Source: Halorhodospira halophila SL1
Lineage (GTDB): Bacteria; Pseudomonadota; Gammaproteobacteria; Nitrococcales; Halorhodospiraceae
Length of the DNA: 32,000 bases
Direction of reading: 5' to 3'
Assembly: GCF_000015585.1 (NCBI RefSeq)
Contig: NC_008789.1
Location: 2,400,001-2,432,000, forward strand
Of this stretch, positions 26,010 through 32,000 are shown piece by piece. The first letter of the stretch is position 1; each line of letters opens with the position of its first letter. Below the pieces are notes generated by a model. That model was given only the letters and a program-made list of their open reading frames with translations, searched no databases and was not told the origin of the DNA. Both the position numbers and the translations under genes were made by a program.

Positions 26010-26753
26010 ATGGCTGGACACAGCAAGTGGGCCAACATCAAACGCCACAAGTGGGCGCAGGACGCCAAGCGGTCCAAGATCTTCACCAAGCATATCCGCG
26101 AGATCACCGTCGCGGCACGCCTCGGCGGCCCCGACCCGGAGATGAACGCCCGGCTCCGGCTGGCCCTGGACCGCGCCTTTGCGGTGAACCTTCCCAAGGA
26201 CCGCGCCGACGCCGCCATCAAGAAAGGCGCCGGCCTGGAGGAGGCGGAGGCCTACGAGGAGATCCGCTACGAGGGCTACGGCCCCGGCGGCTCGGCGATC
26301 ATGGTCGACTGCATGACCGACAACCGCAACCGCACCGTCTCCGAGGTGCGCCACGCCTTCAGCAAGCATGGCGGCAAGATGGGCACCGACAACTCGGTGG
26401 CGTATCTCTTCCAGGAGCGCGGGGTGCTGGTCTTCGCCCCGGGCACCGACAGCGACCAGGTGCTGGAAGTCGCCCTGGAGGCCGGCGCCGACGATCTGGT
26501 CGAGAACGATGACGGGTCGCTGGAGGTCCTGACCACGCCAGAGGCCTACCGCGGTGTGCGGGATGCGCTGACCGAGGCCGGCCTGGAGCCCGAGCAGGCG
26601 GATGTCACCCAGCGCCCGGACCTCACCGTCCAGATCGAGGGCGACAACGCCGTCAGCACCGCCCGGCTGATCGAGCGCCTGGAGGACCTGGACGACGTGC
26701 AGCACGTCTACACCAACGCCGACCTGCCGGCGGAGGCCTACGAAGAAGGCTAG
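26010..26753 (+). CDS. yebC: YebC/PmpR family DNA-binding transcriptional regulator
   Basis: 247 aa. MAGHSKWANIKRHKWAQDAKRSKIFTK is the invariant YebC N-terminus. Confidence 0.95.
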   Translation: MAGHSKWANIKRHKWAQDAKRSKIFTKHIREITVAARLGGPDPEMNARLRLALDRAFAVNLPKDRADAAIKKGAGLEEAEAYEEIRYEGYGPGGSAIMVDCMTDNRNRTVSEVRHAFSKHGGKMGTDNSVAYLFQERGVLVFAPGTDSDQVLEVALEAGADDLVENDDGSLEVLTTPEAYRGVRDALTEAGLEPEQADVTQRPDLTVQIEGDNAVSTARLIERLEDLDDVQHVYTNADLPAEAYEEG

Positions 26754-26756
26754 GCG

Positions 26757-27260
26757 ATGACCCGCATCCTCGGCATCGACCCCGGCTCGCGGGTCACCGG
26801 CTACGGCATCGTCGACGACGGCCGACCCACCCGCCTGGTGACCGAGGGGACGCTGCGCCTGCCGCGGCAGGCCGGACTGGCCGAGCGCCTGGGGCGGATC
26901 TTCGACGGCCTGGCCGAGCTGATCGCCGAGCACCGCCCCCAAGAGGTCGCCCTCGAGCAGGTCTTCGTCCACCGCAACGCCGACACCGCCCTGAAGCTCG
27001 GCCACGCCCGCGGCGCTGCCCTGACGGCCTGCGTCCAGGCAGGCCTGCCGGTGGCCGAGTACGCCCCGGCGCGGATCAAGCAGGCGATTGCCGGCAGCGG
27101 TCGCGCCGACAAGACCCAGGTGGGCTACATGGTCCGGGCCCTGCTGCGCCTGCGCACCAGCCCGGCCGAGGACGCCGCCGACGCCCTGGCCGCCGCCCTG
27201 TGCCACGCCCATCACCGCAGCGCCCCCCTCACCGCGGCCACGACCGGAGCCCGCCGATGA
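26757..27260 (+). CDS. ruvC: Crossover junction endodeoxyribonuclease RuvC
   Basis: 167 aa. MTRILGIDPGSRVTGYGIV. It starts 3 nt after the yebC stop. Confidence 0.95.
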   Translation: MTRILGIDPGSRVTGYGIVDDGRPTRLVTEGTLRLPRQAGLAERLGRIFDGLAELIAEHRPQEVALEQVFVHRNADTALKLGHARGAALTACVQAGLPVAEYAPARIKQAIAGSGRADKTQVGYMVRALLRLRTSPAEDAADALAAALCHAHHRSAPLTAATTGARR

Positions 27261-27871
27261 TCGCCCGGCTGCGCGGCACACTGCTGGAGAAGCGCCCGCC
27301 CACACTGGTGGTCGAGGCGAACGGGCTCGGCTATGAGGTCGAGGCGCCGCTATCCACCATCGAGGCCCTGCCGGAGACCGGCCGGGAGGTTATCCTGCAT
27401 ACCCACCTCAGCGTCCGCGAGGACGGACAGACGCTGTTCGGCTTCCGCACCCGCGCCGAACGGGACCTGTTCCGGCGGCTGATCCGCGTCTCCGGCGTCG
27501 GGCCGAAGCTGGGTCTGGCCCTGCTCTCCGGCGTGGACGGCGAAGAGCTGGTGCGCTGCGTCCGTGACGACGACCCCAAGCGGCTCACCCAGGTCCCGGG
27601 GATCGGCCGCAAGACCGCCGAACGACTCATCGTCGAGCTGCGTGATCGGCTAGACGGGGTGGGCGGCGGGTCCACGGCCGCGCCCGCTGCGGGCGCGGAC
27701 CACCCCACCGGGGAGAACGACCCGGTGAGCGAGGCCATCGAGGGCCTGGTCGCCCTGGGCTACAAGCCGCCCGAGGCGGCGCGCATGGCCCGCAACGCGG
27801 CAGAGCCGGAGCTCGGCTGCGAGGCGATCATCCGGCGTGCGCTGCAGCGCGCCGTGCCGCGAGGGGGGTGA
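27257..27871 (+). CDS. ruvA: Holliday junction branch migration complex subunit RuvA
   Basis: Inner part of ORF 27200..27871. ATG 27257 overlaps the ruvC stop (ATGA). The product has [28 protein letters not shown] and HhH motifs ([25 protein letters not shown]). Confidence 0.95.
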   Translation: MIARLRGTLLEKRPPTLVVEANGLGYEVEAPLSTIEALPETGREVILHTHLSVREDGQTLFGFRTRAERDLFRRLIRVSGVGPKLGLALLSGVDGEELVRCVRDDDPKRLTQVPGIGRKTAERLIVELRDRLDGVGGGSTAAPAAGADHPTGENDPVSEAIEGLVALGYKPPEAARMARNAAEPELGCEAIIRRALQRAVPRGG

Positions 27872-27873
27872 GC

Positions 27874-28914
27874 ATGAGCGACGAATACGGACCGCCCGAG
27901 CGCATCATCGACGCCGCCGGCACCGGTGACGAAGCGGCACTGGAGCGCGCCCTGCGCCCGGTGAGCCTGGATGAGTACGTCGGCCAGACCGGGGTGCGTG
28001 AACAGCTGGAGATCTTCATCCGCGCCGCCCGCGGACGCGACGAGCCGCTGGACCATACCCTGCTCTTCGGCCCACCGGGGCTGGGCAAGACCACGCTGGC
28101 GAACATCATCGCCACTGAGATGGGCGCCAGCCTGCGCCAGAGTTCCGGCCCGGTGCTGGATCGCCCCGGCGACCTGGCGGCGATCCTGACCAACCTGGAA
28201 CCCGGCGATGTGCTATTCATCGACGAGATCCATCGACTCTCGTCCGTGGTCGAGGAGGTCCTCTACCCGGCCATGGAGGATTTCCGGATCGACATCGTCA
28301 TCGGGGAGGGGCCCGCTGCGCGCTCGATCAAACTCGACCTGCCACCGTTCACCCTGGTCGGTGCCACCACCCGGGCCGGTCTGCTGACCTCACCGCTGCG
28401 CGACCGCTTCGGCATCGTACAGCGGCTCGCCTACTACCCGGTGGACGAACTGACCCGCATCGTCCAGCGCTCCGCCGGCCGGCTCGGGGTCAGCACCGAG
28501 GCGCACGGCGCTGCCGAGATCGCCCGACGAGCCCGGGGCACCCCCCGGGTGGCCAACCGCCTGCTCCGCCGGGTGCGAGACTTCGCCGAGGTGCGAGCAG
28601 ACGGACGGATCACCGAGCAGGTGGCCGCCGACGCCATGGAACTCCTCGACGTGGATCGCAACGGCCTCGACGAGCAGGACCGACGCCTCCTCGAGGCAGT
28701 GGTGCACAAGTTCGGTGGCGGGCCGGTGGGCCTGGACAACCTGGCGACGGCCATCGGCGAGGAACGCGGCACCCTGGAGGACGTGGTCGAGCCGTACCTG
28801 ATCCAGGAGGGGTATCTGATGCGCACCCCGCGGGGCCGCGTCGCCACCGAGCACGCCTACACCCTGCTCGGCGTGCCGGGGCAGGCCGCGGGCTCCGGCG
28901 ATCTGTTCGGATAG
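27874..28914 (+). CDS. ruvB: Holliday junction branch migration DNA helicase RuvB
   Basis: [12 protein letters not shown], Walker [10 protein letters not shown], and Walker [13 protein letters not shown] 27874 has GAGGGGGG 5 nt upstream. GTG 27868, overlapping the ruvA stop, is the alternative. Confidence 0.95.
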   Translation: MSDEYGPPERIIDAAGTGDEAALERALRPVSLDEYVGQTGVREQLEIFIRAARGRDEPLDHTLLFGPPGLGKTTLANIIATEMGASLRQSSGPVLDRPGDLAAILTNLEPGDVLFIDEIHRLSSVVEEVLYPAMEDFRIDIVIGEGPAARSIKLDLPPFTLVGATTRAGLLTSPLRDRFGIVQRLAYYPVDELTRIVQRSAGRLGVSTEAHGAAEIARRARGTPRVANRLLRRVRDFAEVRADGRITEQVAADAMELLDVDRNGLDEQDRRLLEAVVHKFGGGPVGLDNLATAIGEERGTLEDVVEPYLIQEGYLMRTPRGRVATEHAYTLLGVPGQAAGSGDLFG

Positions 28915-28963
28915 CGGCTCGGGCCGGGCAGCGGATACCCACCTCTTGGGATTTCAGTGGAAC

Positions 28964-28992
28964 TTGTTTCTGTAACTAGCTGTCGTTACATT
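28964..28992 (+). promoter_or_regulatory. Possible sigma70 promoter for tolQRAB with embedded inverted repeat
   Basis: This is the only AT-rich patch in the ruvB-tolQ spacer. It reads TTGTTT (28964-28969), a 17-nt spacer, then TACATT (28987-28992). The inverted repeat TGTAAC-N8-GTTACA (28971-28990) overlaps the spacer and the -10 element. Confidence 0.3.
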
Positions 28993-29026
28993 CGATCCTC
29001 CGGCTCTGCCAGCGCGAACGACAACC

Positions 29027-29725
29027 ATGACCGCCGACGTCTCCGTCCTACGCCTTATCCTCGACGCCAGCCTGCTGGTGCAGGCCGTGATGCTGTCCCT
29101 GATCCTCGCCTCGGTCACCTCGTGGGCACTCATCCTCTCCAAGCGGCTGACCCTCAAGCGCGCCGAACAGACCGCCATCCGCTTCGAAGAGGAGTTCTGG
29201 GCCGGCGGCAACCTCGCCGAGATCTATCGCCGGCTCAGTGATGAGGGCCCCGGGGAACACGCCGGCATGGAGCGCATCTTTCGCGCCGGGTTCCAGGAGT
29301 TCTCGCGCATGCGCAAGCAGAGCGGCGCCCCACCATCGGCGGTGGTCGAGGCCGCCCACCGCGCCATGCGCGTCTCCGTCAGCCGCGAGCTGGACAACGC
29401 CGAGCGCCACCTGCAGTTCCTCGCCACGGTGGGCTCGGTCAGCCCCTACGTCGGACTGTTCGGCACCGTATGGGGCATCATGAATTCGTTCCGCGCCCTG
29501 GCCGGTCAGCAGCAGGCGACGCTGGCCACGGTCGCCCCGGGCATCGCCGAAGCCCTGATCGCCACCGCCCTGGGGCTGTTCGCGGCGATCCCGGCAGTCA
29601 TCGCCTATAACCATTACGCCAACCGCGCGGAGCGCCTGGCCAACCGCTACGAGACCTTCGTCGAGGAGTTCACCAGCATCCTCGAGCGGCATACCCATGC
29701 GGCCGGCGCGACGCCGGCCAGGTAG
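29027..29725 (+). CDS. tolQ: Tol-Pal system protein TolQ
   Basis: 232 aa. The N-terminus MTADVSVLRLILDASLLVQAVMLSLILASVTSWALIL is collinear with E. coli TolQ. It carries the MotA/TolQ/ExbB channel motifs. Confidence 0.93.
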   Translation: MTADVSVLRLILDASLLVQAVMLSLILASVTSWALILSKRLTLKRAEQTAIRFEEEFWAGGNLAEIYRRLSDEGPGEHAGMERIFRAGFQEFSRMRKQSGAPPSAVVEAAHRAMRVSVSRELDNAERHLQFLATVGSVSPYVGLFGTVWGIMNSFRALAGQQQATLATVAPGIAEALIATALGLFAAIPAVIAYNHYANRAERLANRYETFVEEFTSILERHTHAAGATPAR

Positions 29726-29736
29726 GAGGGCACGCC

Positions 29737-30201
29737 TTGGCACGGGTGACACCGACCGGGACACGCCGCAGCCGACGGCGGCCAATGTCGGAGATCAACG
29801 TCGTCCCGTACATCGACGTCATGCTGGTATTGCTGGTGATCTTCATGGTCACCGCACCGCTGCTCTACCACGGTGTCGACCTGGATCTGCCCGAGGTCAG
29901 CAGCTCGCCCTTGGACGAAGATGAGGCGGAGCCCCTGATCGTCAGCGTCGACGCCGAGGGCCGGGTCTATCTGAACATCGCCGACGATCCCGACGAGGCC
30001 CTGTCGCGGGAGGAGCTGCTGGAGCAGGTCGGCGGGGTCATGAGCGAGCATCCGGACCGGCGCGTACTCCTGCGCGGCGACCAGCAGGTCGCCTACGGCG
30101 AGGTCGTGGCGCTGATGGCCGAACTGCAGGCGGCCGGGGTGCCGAGCGTGGGACTGATGAGTCAGCCGCCGGAGGACACCCCGGCCCCCGACGCGGGATG
30201 A
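29737..30201 (+). CDS. tolR: Tol-Pal system protein TolR
   Basis: 154 aa. TTG 29737 has AGGAGGG 6 nt upstream. (M)[42 protein letters not shown] aligns with E. coli TolR MARARGRGRRDLKSEINIVPLLDV. ATG 29785 is the alternative start. Confidence 0.9.
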   Translation: MARVTPTGTRRSRRRPMSEINVVPYIDVMLVLLVIFMVTAPLLYHGVDLDLPEVSSSPLDEDEAEPLIVSVDAEGRVYLNIADDPDEALSREELLEQVGGVMSEHPDRRVLLRGDQQVAYGEVVALMAELQAAGVPSVGLMSQPPEDTPAPDAG

Positions 30202-30211
30202 GGCCCTGCCC

Positions 30212-31162
<951 letters not shown>

Positions 31163-31165
31163 GCC

Positions 31166-32000
31166 GTGACGCGACTGAAACGAGTATGGAGCACCCTCTA
31201 CCTGGCAGCCCTGCTATCGCTGCCGGCCCATGCCAGTGCCGATGACGATCTGGTGATCGACATCATCGGCGGTATCGAGGGCGCCACCCCCATCGCCATC
31301 GTGCCGTTCCAACGGGCCGAGGGGGCCGACCCGGAGACCGAACTCGCGCCGATCATCACGGCCAACCTGGCCCGTACGGGCCGCTTCGACATCCTGCCGG
31401 AGGAGGACCTGGTCGACACCCCGGGGCGCATGGAGGATGTGCGCTTCTCCACCTGGCGGGCCCAGGGGGTGGATCACCTGGTGGTGGGCGGGATCGATGA
31501 CGCCGGAGACGGCCGCTACGAGGTGCGCTTCGAGGTCCTCGACGCCTTCCAGGGGCAGCGCACCGACGGCCGGCGCTACCGCGCCGAGGAGCGCCACCTG
31601 CGCACCCTCGCCCACACCATCTCCGACCGCATCTACGAGACCATCACCGACCGTGAGGGCACCTTCACCAAGCGGATCGCCTACGTGGCCGTGGAGCAGC
31701 GCGAGGACGGCGAAGGTCGCCGCCACCGACTGGTGGTGGCCGACTCCGACGGGCACCGGCCGCAGACCATCCTGACCTCCGACGAACCACTGCTCTCCCC
31801 GGCGTGGTCACCGTCGCGGGACCGGCTGGCCTACGTCTCCTTCGAGGGCCGCCGGTCGGAGGTCTTTGTCCAGGAGATTCGCACCGGCGAGCGCGAGCGG
31901 GTGGCCAGCTTCCGCGGTATCAACAGCGCACCGGCGTGGTCGCCGGACGGGGACCAACTGGCGGTGACCCTCTCCCGCGACGGCGCCGCCAACATCTACC
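31166..32000 (+). CDS. tolB: Tol-Pal system beta-propeller protein TolB (3'-truncated by window end)
   Basis: This ORF is absent from the ORF track because there is no stop before the window end. GTG 31166 has GGAG 8 nt upstream. The signal peptide is (M)TRLKRVWSTLYLAALLSLPAHA. Later blocks include IAIVPF ... ITANLARTGRFD, RIAYV, SPAWSPSRDRLAYVSFE, and SAPAWSPDGDQLA (TolB/WD40-like repeats). Confidence 0.92.
   Translation, partial: MTRLKRVWSTLYLAALLSLPAHASADDDLVIDIIGGIEGATPIAIVPFQRAEGADPETELAPIITANLARTGRFDILPEEDLVDTPGRMEDVRFSTWRAQGVDHLVVGGIDDAGDGRYEVRFEVLDAFQGQRTDGRRYRAEERHLRTLAHTISDRIYETITDREGTFTKRIAYVAVEQREDGEGRRHRLVVADSDGHRPQTILTSDEPLLSPAWSPSRDRLAYVSFEGRRSEVFVQEIRTGERERVASFRGINSAPAWSPDGDQLAVTLSRDGAANIY

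Noticed and set aside
25809-27305. 498-aa minus-strand ORF antisense to the fadD end, yebC and ruvC
   Set aside because: It runs across three real genes and two intergenic spacers with no motifs, so it is a shadow ORF.
28971-28990. LexA (SOS) box next to the ruv genes
   Set aside because: The inverted repeat is TGTAAC-N8-GTTACA, not the gammaproteobacterial CTGT-N8-ACAG, and it lies downstream of ruvB. I also found no CTGT-N8-ACAG upstream of yebC-ruvC (25930-26009).

Overview
High-GC (roughly two-thirds G+C by eye) gammaproteobacterial core chromosome. A halophilic or alkaliphilic Ectothiorhodospiraceae-type organism is my guess, at low confidence. I call 31 protein genes; tolB runs off the 3' end. 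In order: a BacNav voltage-gated Na+ channel divergent from a sigma32-driven hsp20; a lipoprotein; uspA; a cstA / 92-aa CC-tail ORF / ArsA-Get3-like ATPase operon; qor; galU; dapA-bamC-purL; gcvR; PIN-PhoH2; perM and bepA; a class III PHA locus (phaE-phaC, then phaB and phaR convergent with them); an HDOD protein; pabB; fadD; yebC-ruvCAB; tolQRAB. I saw no tRNA, rRNA, CRISPR array, transposase, integrase or obvious defence island. Because of the GC content almost every real gene has a long stop-free antisense shadow ORF, including a 1279-aa ORF opposite purL, and I rejected all of these. Four things are not explained by ordinary annotation. (1) An orphan transcription unit of about 175 nt lies between phaC and phaB on the minus strand, with a near-consensus promoter, a strong intrinsic terminator and three CU-rich anti-Shine-Dalgarno-like motifs. 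It is a candidate sRNA. (2) cstA is translationally coupled to a 92-aa protein ending in Cys-Cys-stop, followed by an ArsA/Get3-like ATPase. (3) A 245-bp composite palindrome has perfect 39-bp arms that begin exactly on the stop codons of two convergent genes. (4) TolA carries a 47-unit (E/D)-P dipeptide tract encoded by a 282-bp hexamer repeat. Several ORF-track starts look too long. I re-set them from Shine-Dalgarno spacing, stop/start coupling and N-terminal homology, and give the alternatives in the evidence fields.
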